Positions 54,273-64,000 of a DNA stretch of 64,000 nucleotides are shown here, piece after piece. The translations under genes were made by a program, and so were the position numbers. Source of the stretch: an uncultured Methanomassiliicoccales archaeon (GTDB lineage: Archaea; Thermoplasmatota; Thermoplasmata; Methanomassiliicoccales; UBA472); NCBI GenBank assembly GCA_963695345.1, contig OY968769.1:992001-1056000 (forward strand). The letters run 5' to 3'. The notes under the pieces are model-generated. The model saw only the letters and a list, made by a program, of their open reading frames with translations, made no database searches and was not told the origin of the DNA. Each line of letters starts with the position of its first letter. Position 1 is the first letter of the stretch.

Positions 54273-55168
54273 AGAACCTTCCTCGCTATCACGTCTTCGG
54301 ACTGGTTCATGGAGATAACGATGACCGAGAGAAGGATCATCGCCCCACCTATGGCCGTGGCGATGGTGGGCAACTCACCCAGCAGCAGTATCGCGAACAG
54401 GATGCCGAACACTATCTCGACCAGCAGGATAACCGAGGACATCGTCGCGCCCAGCTGTTTCAGCCCCACCGAATAGAGGACGAAGGCCAGGGCGGTGCAG
54501 AAGATGCCAGCATACAACGCGGCCATGGTCCCGGTGGATTCGATGCGGTAGTCCTTGGTCATGATCAACATCACCGGGATCAGGAAAACTGCGGTCTCCA
54601 CTATCACCGCCCCGGTGGCGGAGGCGAGCAGCTTGGTCCCGTTCAGCTCGCGGGTCAGCAGAACGACATAGAACGCCCAGAGTATGCCCGCGCCGAAGAC
54701 CATCATGTTGCCTTCGAACGACCCGCTGATGATGGCCGACATATCGCCGTTGGTGGAGATGACCACCACCCCGGCCAGCCCGATGATCAATCCGATGACC
54801 ATCCACCGGTTCAGCCTCTCCTTGAGCACGAACACGGCAAGGATGGCGATGAAGATGACGTTGATGTCGACCAAGAGAACGGTGTTGGTGGCGCTGGTCA
54901 TGGTCATGCCCACGTTCTGGAATACCATGGCGATGGCGTTGAACAGGGCAATGACCCATAGCCCCTTGAGCCTGAACACGGAATAATCGAACTGCCTCAT
55001 GGCCACCAGGGCAATGAAGATGGCCAGGGCTGCGAACGTGTAACGCAATGCGGAGAAGAGCACTGGGTCCATATGCTCCACCCCCACCTTGCCGGCGGCG
55101 AACGATGTTCCCCATATGATGCCCGCTACGACCAGGATCAACTCGTAGCGCCGACCGTTCAGACTCAC
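54263..55168 (-). CDS. EamA/DMT family transporter
   Basis: IWGTSF, LRY, two EamA repeats, 10 TM segments. Confidence 0.9.
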   Translation of the reverse strand: MSLNGRRYELILVVAGIIWGTSFAAGKVGVEHMDPVLFSALRYTFAALAIFIALVAMRQFDYSVFRLKGLWVIALFNAIAMVFQNVGMTMTSATNTVLLVDINVIFIAILAVFVLKERLNRWMVIGLIIGLAGVVVISTNGDMSAIISGSFEGNMMVFGAGILWAFYVVLLTRELNGTKLLASATGAVIVETAVFLIPVMLIMTKDYRIESTGTMAALYAGIFCTALAFVLYSVGLKQLGATMSSVILLVEIVFGILFAILLLGELPTIATAIGGAMILLSVIVISMNQSEDVIARKVLQE

Positions 55169-55209
55169 GCCCGGGCGTAACCTTTCTGACTATTTATGGG
55201 CTGGGCGTG

Positions 55210-56307
55210 CTACTGGATATCAGGCAGGGACTTTCCCTCGAGGGAAGCGGGCCCCTCCAATCTTACTCCATCCCCGAGCACCGAGTCGATCAGCGAGACC
55301 CCCGGACCGATGATGCACCCTTCCCCCAGAATACTGCCCCTGAGGATCGCCCCGGCCCCTATCTGGCATCGGTCGAGCGTCAGGGATTCCTCCACGGTGA
55401 CCTTTTCTCCCAACGTCGATTCCTTGCCGATGGCGCTGCGCGAGACGGACGTGCCCTTGCCCAGCCTGGTCCCGGTCCCTACGAAGACCGGACCGAATAT
55501 CCTGGCCCCTTCGGCGTTGAACCCGGAACCGGCGATCTTGCCTTTGCACAGCGCCCCCCTTATGGTTATGTTCTGCCCGCGTCTTTCGGCCAGGTCCACA
55601 TTCGCCTGGAACAGGTCCTTGGGATGGCCGATGTCCTTCCAGTATCCCTTTAGGGGGGCGGCGCAGAGGACCTTTCCCTGCTGCAGAAGGTCGGGGAACA
55701 GGTTCTTGGAGAAATCATACTTGGTGCCGGCTGGGACGTGGTCCAGGGCCTCTGGCTCCAGGACATAGGTTCCCGCATTGATCACGTTGGAGAATACCTC
55801 TTCCGGTTTGGGCTTCTCCTTGAACCGTTCGATCCTCCCCTCGGCGCTGACGCCGACGATACCGAACTGCTCCGGCCTTTCGACCTCGGTCAATGCCATG
55901 GTGACGAACGCCTTCCTCTGTCGGTGGAAATCAATGAGATGACCTAGATCGGCGTCGGTGAGGGTGTCCCCGCTTCCGACGATGAAGGTATCATGAAGCC
56001 TGTCCTGCAACAGCTTGACCGCCCCGGCCGTGCCCATGGGGTTCTCCTCATAGGTGTAGATGATCCTCGCCCCGGAGCGTGTGGTGTCGCCCAGGCTTTT
56101 CACGATGTCCTGAGAGCGGTAACCGCAGGCGATGAATATCTCCTCCACACCTGCGGATGCTAGTGAGTTGATGACGTATTCGATGCAGGGCCGCCCCAGA
56201 ACTGGCAGGAGCGGTTTGGGCCGGGTATTGGTCAACGGTTTGAGCCTGGTCCCTTCCCCGCCGGCCATTATCACGGCCTGCCTTATCCCATTATTATGTT
56301 CTGACAT
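55210..56307 (-). CDS. NDP-sugar synthase (mannose-1-phosphate guanylyltransferase-like) with left-handed beta-helix
   Basis: MAGGEGTRLKPLT..RPKPL, GTAGAV, FKEKP, INAGTY, YWKDIG, hexapeptide repeats. Confidence 0.9.
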   Translation of the reverse strand: MSEHNNGIRQAVIMAGGEGTRLKPLTNTRPKPLLPVLGRPCIEYVINSLASAGVEEIFIACGYRSQDIVKSLGDTTRSGARIIYTYEENPMGTAGAVKLLQDRLHDTFIVGSGDTLTDADLGHLIDFHRQRKAFVTMALTEVERPEQFGIVGVSAEGRIERFKEKPKPEEVFSNVINAGTYVLEPEALDHVPAGTKYDFSKNLFPDLLQQGKVLCAAPLKGYWKDIGHPKDLFQANVDLAERRGQNITIRGALCKGKIAGSGFNAEGARIFGPVFVGTGTRLGKGTSVSRSAIGKESTLGEKVTVEESLTLDRCQIGAGAILRGSILGEGCIIGPGVSLIDSVLGDGVRLEGPASLEGKSLPDIQ

Positions 56308-56339
56308 ATTGGATCCCCTGTTTTCCAACCAACGATCGT

Positions 56340-57212
56340 TCACCTGGAAATGCACAGTTTGACCACGTTCTGGTCCATGACCGCTCCGATCGCCTCGGCC
56401 ACCGGACGGCATTTGGTCCTCATCAGATAGACCACCTTCGGATACCCCCGCTCAGAGAGCGATTCGAAGTTCGCCATTCCCTTTGAGATTATCAGGTCAG
56501 CTCGCTCCATCTCATCAAGCAACGGTTGTCCGATCAGACCGGTATCGATGCCTATGGCGAATGAACCGGTGCTCATGCATACATCAAAGACCTTGTCCAT
56601 GCCAGTGGTCCGCAGATCGGCCGCGGTGACGTCGGTCAGGATCGGTTCGCCCTTGACCACTCCTACGACCCTCACGCCCATCGCCTGCAATTCATTCACC
56701 AACAGGCGGTCGAACACGATCTCCCCGCAGTTGTCCATGAGATAAACGACGGTGCTTCCCCGGACCAGGAGGGCTTTCATTCTTTCAACGTCGTTGGTCC
56801 CCAGGCCTTGGCCGACCAAAGCGTCGAACTTGCGGCTCAGGTCCTCCGGTTCGTCATACCCTATGCCAAGCCCGAAGTCCAGCACGTTCCCGATGATGGA
56901 CATCAGACAGGCCGCCTCCAAGCGGTCCGCGGAGCCGTTGACGAATGCCTCCGCTCTGGGATACAGCGATTGGGCTATCTGATTGGCTTGCTCTTTCAGC
57001 TCGAGATAGGGATCGTCGCTCCCGATGGCGTCATATACAGCACGGTGGACCTTGGTGGCAACCGCCGCTGAGTTCACTCCCGGACGGAATCCTTCCGCCA
57101 GGATCTTGACCGCGACCGCCATTGCCTGGTCCTTGAGTGACGGATCGACAAGTTCCGTCTCGAACAGGACCCGGTTGAGCAGGCATGGAACGCATTCGGC
57201 CGCTATGTGCAT
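56340..57212 (-). CDS. DUF89/ARMT1-like damage-control phosphatase
   Basis: ECVPCL, DPY...K, GNVLDFG, DNCGEIVFD, KGMANFESL, KC. Confidence 0.9.
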   Translation of the reverse strand: MHIAAECVPCLLNRVLFETELVDPSLKDQAMAVAVKILAEGFRPGVNSAAVATKVHRAVYDAIGSDDPYLELKEQANQIAQSLYPRAEAFVNGSADRLEAACLMSIIGNVLDFGLGIGYDEPEDLSRKFDALVGQGLGTNDVERMKALLVRGSTVVYLMDNCGEIVFDRLLVNELQAMGVRVVGVVKGEPILTDVTAADLRTTGMDKVFDVCMSTGSFAIGIDTGLIGQPLLDEMERADLIISKGMANFESLSERGYPKVVYLMRTKCRPVAEAIGAVMDQNVVKLCISR

Positions 57213-57299
57213 GCTGCCACTGTAACTGATGACCCCTGATTAATCCTTCGAAAAACGCTATGAGAATCATTAAAAAATAAACGGTTTGGGCTAGGACGT

Positions 57300-57359
57300 T
57301 TATTTCTTTCCGCATCCACAGCCGCACTTCTTGTCCTTCTTTACTTCCTTCTCTGCCAT
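57300..57359 (-). CDS. 19-aa Cys-rich mini-protein [19 protein letters not shown]
   Basis: SD GAGGTGA 5 nt before the ATG, TATA-like TTAAAAA further upstream, T-tract after the TAA. Confidence 0.7.
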   Translation of the reverse strand: MAEKEVKKDKKCGCGCGKK

Positions 57360-57493
57360 TAATAATCACCTCTTTGGGTTTGAACCATGTCACATCTTAT
57401 CCCCTTTTTAAGCTTACGCTCCTAACCTTCGTATGTGATATATCCAGATGCACACGCAATTCTTTAATTAGGCCAGAATCGCTATCCTGGCCA

Positions 57494-59689
57494 ATGGCCG
57501 AGAGCATCATCCTTCGTGTCGCCAGGGCACATCACCAATCTGAGGTAGGACTAGGACGCGCCCGCATAGACGCCAAGACCAGGAAGGACCTGGCGGTGGA
57601 GGTGGGCGACATCATCGAGATCGTCGGCAAGCGGAGCACCGCGGCCAAGGTATTCCGCGCCGCCCAGGAGGACGAGTCCAAGGGCATCATCCGGATCGAC
57701 GGAATGATCCGCTCGAACGCGGTGGTATCGATCGGGGAGAAGGTGTCCGTCAAAAAGGCAGAATCACTGCCTGCGACAAGGGTCACTGTGGCGCCCAAGA
57801 TACCGTCCGGGAAACATGTCCGATTTGGCACCGGCGTCGAGGACCTCTTCCGCAAGGGCCTGACATCCAGACCGCTCGCCAAAGGCGATGAGATCATCAT
57901 ACCGAACATAGCGCTGATGGGAGGTTTCCTGCCCTTCACGGTGGTCAGCACGGTGCCGCAGGGCATCGTCGTGGTAGGAGACCACACGGAACTGGTGGTT
58001 AAGACCGAGACCAGCGAGACCAAGGAAACTGTCGCCCCGTCGGTCACCTACGATGACGTGGGAGGGCTGGAGGGAGAGATGCAGCGCATCCGGGAGATGA
58101 TCGAGCTCCCTCTGAAGCATCCAGAGCTGTTCGACCGGCTGGGCATCGACGCACCGAAAGGTGTTCTCCTATACGGACCGCCCGGCACCGGAAAGACGCT
58201 GCTGGCAAAGGCGGTGGCCAACGAGGCCGGCGCCAGTTTCTATTCCATCCAAGGCCCGGAGATCATTTCCAAGTACTACGGACAGAGCGAGGAGAAGCTC
58301 AGGGAGAAGTTCGAGGAGGCCGAGAAGAACGCCCCCTCGATCGTTTTCATCGATGAGCTGGATTCGATCGCGCCGAAACGGGAGGATGTCTCCGGTGAGG
58401 TCGAACGGAGGGTCGTGGCCCAGCTGCTCACTTTGCTGGACGGCATGGCCGGCAGGGGCCAGGTCATCGTGATCGGGGCCACCAACCGGGAGGATGCCAT
58501 CGATCCGGCGCTCAGACGGCCGGGACGTTTCGATCGCGAGATCGAGATCGGCGTTCCATCCAGGGAAGGCCGCCGGGAGATCCTGGAGATCCACACTCGG
58601 GGCATGCCTCTTTCGGAAGGTTTCAATATCGAGAAGTACGCCTTCGCCACCCACGGATTCGTGGGGGCGGACCTGGCCGCGCTCGCCCGGGAAGCGGCGA
58701 TGAAATGCCTGGGACGCCTGGTCCCGGAACTGGAACTTGACAGGGCCATCCCGGTGGAGATCCTGGAGAAGGTCCGGGTGACCGAGCAGGACTTCGATGA
58801 CGCCCTCAAGGAGGTCGAGCCGAGCGCCATGCGGGAGGTGCTGATCGAGGTACCGCACGTGACCTGGAACGACGTCGGCGGTCTCGAGGACGTCAAGACC
58901 CAGCTCAAGGAGATGGTGGAGATGCCGCTGGAAAGAGGCGACTCCTTCAAACGCATGGGCATCAGACCGGCCAAGGGCATCCTCCTCTACGGACCGCCCG
59001 GCACCGGAAAGACGCTGCTGGCAAAGGCGGTGGCCAATGAATCCAAGGCCAATTTCATTTCCATAAAGGGACCGGAGATCATGAGCAAGTGGGTGGGCGA
59101 GTCCGAAAAGGCGATCCGCCAGGCCTTCAAGAAGGCAAAGCAGGTAGCGCCCTCGATCGTCTTCTTGGATGAGATCGATGCCATCGCCCCGAGACGCGGA
59201 GGCGGTTCGGAGAACGGCGTCACCGAAAGGGTGGTGAACCAGCTGCTCACCTCCATCGACGGGATGGAGTCGATGGAGGGCGTCACTGTCATGGCCGCCT
59301 CGAACCGGCCGGACATCATCGATTCGGCGCTCCTCCGCCCAGGAAGGTTCGACCGGCTGATTCTGGTCCCCCTGCCCGATGATGGGGCGCGAAAGAGCAT
59401 ACTCACCATCCATACCCGGGCGATGCCCTTGAAGAACGTGGACCTGGACCAGCTGGTGGACGCGACCGATGGCTATGTGGGCGCTGACCTGGAGAACCTT
59501 TGCCGCGAGGCGGCCATGACCAGCCTGAGGGAGGACCCGGAGGCCGTCTCCGTCGAACAGAAGCACTTCGAAAAGGCACTGAAGGCCATCAAGGCGTCCG
59601 TCGACAAGGACGCAATGAAGTTCTATGACAACATGGGCAAGGCCCTGGACAAGAAACGGGCCGGATGGGACGAAGGAATCTACCGGTGA
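57494..59689 (+). CDS. cdc48: CDC48/VCP family AAA ATPase
   Basis: N-domain plus two AAA modules (GPPGTGKT twice, IDELD/LDEID, RPGRFDR twice), C-terminal HbYX-like IYR. Confidence 0.96.
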   Translation: MAESIILRVARAHHQSEVGLGRARIDAKTRKDLAVEVGDIIEIVGKRSTAAKVFRAAQEDESKGIIRIDGMIRSNAVVSIGEKVSVKKAESLPATRVTVAPKIPSGKHVRFGTGVEDLFRKGLTSRPLAKGDEIIIPNIALMGGFLPFTVVSTVPQGIVVVGDHTELVVKTETSETKETVAPSVTYDDVGGLEGEMQRIREMIELPLKHPELFDRLGIDAPKGVLLYGPPGTGKTLLAKAVANEAGASFYSIQGPEIISKYYGQSEEKLREKFEEAEKNAPSIVFIDELDSIAPKREDVSGEVERRVVAQLLTLLDGMAGRGQVIVIGATNREDAIDPALRRPGRFDREIEIGVPSREGRREILEIHTRGMPLSEGFNIEKYAFATHGFVGADLAALAREAAMKCLGRLVPELELDRAIPVEILEKVRVTEQDFDDALKEVEPSAMREVLIEVPHVTWNDVGGLEDVKTQLKEMVEMPLERGDSFKRMGIRPAKGILLYGPPGTGKTLLAKAVANESKANFISIKGPEIMSKWVGESEKAIRQAFKKAKQVAPSIVFLDEIDAIAPRRGGGSENGVTERVVNQLLTSIDGMESMEGVTVMAASNRPDIIDSALLRPGRFDRLILVPLPDDGARKSILTIHTRAMPLKNVDLDQLVDATDGYVGADLENLCREAAMTSLREDPEAVSVEQKHFEKALKAIKASVDKDAMKFYDNMGKALDKKRAGWDEGIYR
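58172..59037 (+). repeat. Perfect 50-bp direct repeat (58172-58221 and 58988-59037) within cdc48
   Basis: TACGGACCGCCCGGCACCGGAAAGACGCTGCTGGCAAAGGCGGTGGCCAA occurs in both Walker A regions. Confidence 0.9.
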
Positions 59690-59694
59690 ACATC

Positions 59695-60198
59695 ATGGCC
59701 ATCACAATAAAGACCCAGACCCCGGCGGAGAAGAAGGCCCACAAGGAACTCGTAGCCATCATGATGAAATACGGTTTCGGCGAACCGGACCTGCGGCTCC
59801 GGAGGGACCGGATGGAGCGCAGCATGAAACGCCAGGTGAACGAGTTCGAGGCGGCGTTCGGACTTCTTGGTGAGATCGTGTCCTCCTCGGACTCGGTCCA
59901 GGACAAGGTATCGTTGTTCTTCGGGATGGCCGAGGTGCTCCATATCCAGGGATTGGATCCTTCCCAACCCCTGATGGCCATGCACAACACCGAGCTGGCC
60001 ACGTTCAAGGAGATCGGCTTCCGATTGGTGAGGGTGGAGAGTTCGAAGGACGCCTGCGTCGAGTGCAAGAAGATATCGGGCAAGGTCGTTCCCCTCGAGG
60101 AGGCCATGAAGGGAGGCGTCCTGCCGCATCGCTCCTGCAAGCATGATGTCAGGAAGGGCGGCCTCTGCAGGTGCCGTTTCCTGGCCGAATTCGGATGA
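59695..60198 (+). CDS. Hypothetical protein with C-terminal Cys/His metal-binding motif
   Basis: CVEC...LPHRSC...CRC; alternative GTG start at 59686 overlaps the cdc48 stop. Confidence 0.75.
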   Translation: MAITIKTQTPAEKKAHKELVAIMMKYGFGEPDLRLRRDRMERSMKRQVNEFEAAFGLLGEIVSSSDSVQDKVSLFFGMAEVLHIQGLDPSQPLMAMHNTELATFKEIGFRLVRVESSKDACVECKKISGKVVPLEEAMKGGVLPHRSCKHDVRKGGLCRCRFLAEFG

Positions 60199-60283
60199 TT
60201 CCGTATCTAAATGGTCAAAAACCTAATATATGGAACAACCCATTTTACGGCTCGGATTTCCAATTACTGGGGGATGCATCACT

Positions 60284-60529
60284 ATGAGAAAATTCATCAC
60301 GGAGCTCAAAGGCAAGACGGTAATGACCAATGATGGCCAGATCCTCGGAATGATCGACAATTTCGTATTGGAGAACACCACCGGCGGAATCAACCACGTG
60401 CTTGTCGTCCCAGCCGAAGAGATCGATGCCAGACTGTTCCGCAGCGATGCCCAGGGCAGGATCATCCTCCCCTTCTCCGAGATGCGCGATGTCCGCGACG
60501 TCGTGGTCATGAACGTATCCAGGGCGTAA
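60284..60529 (+). CDS. PRC-barrel domain protein
   Basis: LKGKTVMTNDGQILG.IDN...IILPF..VRDVVV. Confidence 0.88.
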   Translation: MRKFITELKGKTVMTNDGQILGMIDNFVLENTTGGINHVLVVPAEEIDARLFRSDAQGRIILPFSEMRDVRDVVVMNVSRA

Positions 60530-60622
60530 TCTCCTTCTTGTCGGGGCGCCCACGCGCCCTCTCATTCTTCATTTTTCTAGATTTCAGCATTCCACCGGTC
60601 TCTAGAAAAAATTCGGGGGCCC

Positions 60623-63600
60623 TTACTTCTGAGTGTACTTCAGGAAGAGCTTGACCCGCTGCCGGTTGAATATCGCGTCCTTGAAGTTCGGCACCAGCTC
60701 GATGGCGCTGTCGTAGAGCTTAAGGGCCCACTTCATGTCGCCCTCCTTCTCGGCGATCAGCCCGAGGGCGAAGTCGATCTCGGCGGTCTCCTCGTACTTC
60801 AACGCAGAGGTCAGGGAGAGCTTCGCGCCGGCGATGTCCCCGACCATGATCTGGCACTTGCTCAGGTTGATGAGATAGTCGGACCTCCGGTCCACCGATA
60901 TCGCCTTGCGGATCGCTTCCATGGCCGCATCATACTCCCCGATCACGAACAGTGTTGCCCCGATGTTGTTCCAGGCATCCCCATAGTTGGGGTCGGCCTC
61001 GACCGCCAGGTGCATGAAGTGCATCGGTTCATCGTAACCGTACTCACCCATGAAGCGCATGCAGACACCCATGTTGTTGAGCGCCTCCGGGTATGTCGGA
61101 TGCTGCAGGAGGATATCCTTCAGGACCCGGTAGGCATCCCGATAGCGGGCCTTGGCCATCAATGAGGTGGCCAGCGCCATCCTGGTCACCAGCGAGTCCT
61201 GCATGCCCGGGTTGGAGAATCTGGAGATGATCTCATCGTAGCGTTTGGCCTCCAGCATGTTGGCCGCCTCCCTCGCCCTTACCTCTTTGCTCGGGGTGAT
61301 CGAGGACAGTATGGCCATCGGCTCTTCCTTGCGGCCGAGCCTCCTGGAGATCGACTCGATGTCGAGCAGTGCGATCTCGTCACGGGGGTCCAGGCGGATC
61401 GCTTCCTTGAGCTCCTCCAGACACTCCGGCAGCCTGCCCCATGTCGTCCAGGATGTATCGCCTTGATGTGCCGGGCATCGTGCGATTCGGACTTATCCCG
61501 GATATAGAGGTCTATCTCCTCCACGGCCCTGGCGTTCTCTCCCAGGATGTTGAGGATGAACGGCCGCCTTCAGTTCCCGGTCGCTGATGGGTATCTCCGG
61601 CTCTAACGGGGCCTCGTAATACCGGTTCGGGAACGAACGGTATATCCATCGCCTGAGGAGGCAGTACCGCTTCCGTGGATACGTTGGCCACGGCCGTCTC
61701 GGCGGAAGGCACCAGCAGACCGACATCCTGATGCCCAATTACTGTCGGTAGGACTTCTGCTGATTGTACCGTGATGGCGTTTTCCTTGTCCATCAAGGCG
61801 GGCAGAACGGATTCCTCACGTATGGCCAGATGATGCTGGTTGTCGGTCAGTGCCGGGACCTGGACCGGTTCGGAAAGACGACCGCCGTGTTCTCTTCCAC
61901 TTTCTGGACCTCCCTGCAGACCGGTTCCATTGCCACCAGTTCGACCTGTGAATCGGCCGGCACCAATGCGAGGGGTTCCTTGTCGGCGGATATGACCTCA
62001 TCCTGGCCCTGAGGACGGACCCTCGGCCTCCTGGACTACCGGCGTTGGTTCCCCGGTCATCAGCGGTTCCGTTTCCGCCACGGCCTCCGGGACCTCGGGT
62101 TCATGGACCTCGGCGATGATCGCTTCCGGCTCCGGGAATGGCCCTTCGATCGTGATCTCCGGTTCCGGTGCGACCGATTGCTCCTCGATCTTTCCAGATT
62201 CCAGCTGGGGCGCGGACTCGATTGCCTGGACCTCCTGCGGCGGTTCGGCGACGGACGGAGCCGCTTCGGCCTCGGCCGGCGTCGGCTCTGACACAGGTGA
62301 AGGTTCGGACGTGACGGGGACATCTTCCGGAATTGGCTCGGCTGCCTCTTCTGGCAGTGGCTCTGGGATCGGTGTCTTATCTTCCGGTTCGGTGACGGAA
62401 GGTTCCGGTTTGCTCTCCACCGATGATTGTTCCGGTACCGTGGTGATCTTTGGCGGGAATGTGACCTCCTCCGCCATCTCCTCGGCGACCGTTTCGGGCG
62501 AGGGTTCGACCTTCTGCAGGTCCGGCGTCGGTTCGGTCGCGGGAATGGCTGGTTCGGCATCCACAAAGACCGTTTCCGGAACGGTGGACGGTTCCGGGAG
62601 CGGTTCCTCCTCCCGCTTCCCCTCGGCGATATCTTGAGGCGATGGCTCAGGAGCCTCGATCGGTCCCTCCTCCTGGGGCATCTTCGCCATCCGGGCGGCC
62701 GCCAGGAGCTCGTCCCTCTCGGTCACTGCCTCGGTAAGCCCCTTGTCCAGCCGGACGGCTTTCTCGAAGGACTGGGTTGCCTCTTCGAGCTGGCCCAGGG
62801 CCTTCTGGGATACTCCCAGCGAATACCATATGTCCGCTCTGTTGCGATCGATCTGGAGCGATTCCTTCCAGGCCTCTATGGCCTCGGCTATCCGGCCCAT
62901 TTCGATCATGGTGAGCGCCCGGTTGACCGCTGGGTCGATGTAGCCCCGATTCAGGAACGAGGCCTTGTCGAAGGATTCCAACGCCTCCTTGTGCCGCCCC
63001 ATGGCCTTGAGCACGATCCCCCGGTTGTTGAACGCCATGGCATCCTTGGGGAAGAAATTGCACATGTCATCGTAGACCTTGAGGGCCCAGTCGTAGCGAT
63101 GGAGCTGGAACAGGGTGGCCCCCTTGTTGAGCAGGGCGGCCTCCATGCGGGGGGCGATCTTCAGGGCGGTATCGTAGGCCTTGAGCTCTTTCTCGAAGTC
63201 ACCCAGCTGGTTATATGCCAGTCCCATCAGGTACCAGGTGGTGGAATCTCCGGGCCTGAGCTCGCTGGCCCGCTTGCACGCGACCAAAGCGTCCTCGAAC
63301 CGGCCCATGGCCAAGAACACGTTCGCCTTACGCAACCAGACGATGTCGTTGTTCGGCTTGATGTCCAGTGCCCGGTCGTAATTGTACAGGGCGTCCCGGT
63401 AACGCCGTTGCTTGAAATGCTCCTCCGCTGCGTTGTAGAAAGAGTCGAACTGGGCTCCCGATGGGAGGTAGCGATTGCGGTCCTGTTCCAATATGCGCCG
63501 GTCGAGCTCGACCATCATTTTTCCGGCCAGGTCGTACTTGCGCAGCAGCATGAGCAGCTTGGGCTTGTCCGCGTAGGATATGTTCTGGGCTTCGGCGTAG

Positions 63601-63923
63601 TTCCTCTCTTCGGTGTCCAGATCGCAGGTGACCACCAGGACCGGAGTGGCCTCCCGCTTGGCGGCCATCTCCTTCAGGACCTTCATCGACTCGACGGAAG
63701 CGTTGTCGAAGAGACGTGAGGCGACGACGAAATACTTGCCTTCATCGCTGACCCCTTCGAAGAACACCGCATCCTCGGAAACGTCCATCCTGGTTATCTT
63801 GACACCAATGCTTCCCAGCAGCTCTGAGACCAATGATTTGAAGCCTTCGAAATCCAGGTCGTTGATGGCGTGCATTATGCGCTCGTCCATGCGGCTGTCC
63901 AGAAGTTCGCTCAGGTCGGTCAT
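60623..63923 (-). CDS. Large protein: degenerate Mrr-like domain, TPR array, Pro/Glu-rich linker, TPR array (several frameshifts 61.3-62.0 kb)
   Basis: GGAGGTG SD before ATG 63923. TPR repeats at both ends, and intervening ORF pieces join by single-base shifts into one protein of roughly 1100 aa. Confidence 0.75.
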
Positions 63924-64000
63924 TGCGGCACCTCCATGGAGGCCATCATACGATTGGCGAGCGGGCACCGCAACTTTTCCGGGATCATCGCGAGGGCTTC

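Noticed and set aside
57031-57393. 120-aa minus-strand ORF
   Set aside because: It overlaps the DUF89 start out of frame and crosses a T-tract. The SD instead points to the 19-aa ORF in another frame.
62000-62700. Tandem DNA repeat in the Pro/Glu-rich region
   Set aside because: Low-complexity protein linker without exact nucleotide repeat units.

Overview
Archaeal chromosomal segment, most likely from a Methanomassiliicoccales-type methanogen. This is inferred from methanogenesis marker protein 8, archaeal GINS, aIF2-gamma, aIF5B, S6e/L24e/S28e/L7Ae, a CTP-dependent riboflavin kinase and pantoate kinase. Bases 1-8.8 kb form an accessory-looking block (sensor kinase, flavodoxin, MDR oxidoreductase, DUF4386, MFS exporter, two regulators) that ends at a tRNA-Lys(CTT). 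The rest is mostly housekeeping: gcvPA/PB, tmk, coaBC, pok, prs, proS, trmI, purSLQ, translation genes, a 2-oxoacid:ferredoxin oxidoreductase, ilvE, a polar amino-acid ABC transporter, a heptose/glycosylation cluster and cdc48. Many single-base frameshifts in essential genes look like sequencing or assembly indels. The most notable observations are: (1) an unannotated 21-codon Val/Leu/Ile-rich leader ORF heading an orf85-ACT-ilvE operon, resembling a ribosome-dependent attenuator, a mechanism not established in archaea to my knowledge; (2) a pentameric ligand-gated ion channel homologue; (3) a stand-alone 19-aa CGCGC mini-protein gene with its own promoter, SD and terminator; (4) a GDP-heptose pathway with a GmhA-GmhB fusion; (5) an amber stop placing aIF2-gamma in frame with a PIN nuclease; (6) a degenerate Mrr-fold/TPR giant protein. 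All calls come from reading the sequence; no searches were run.
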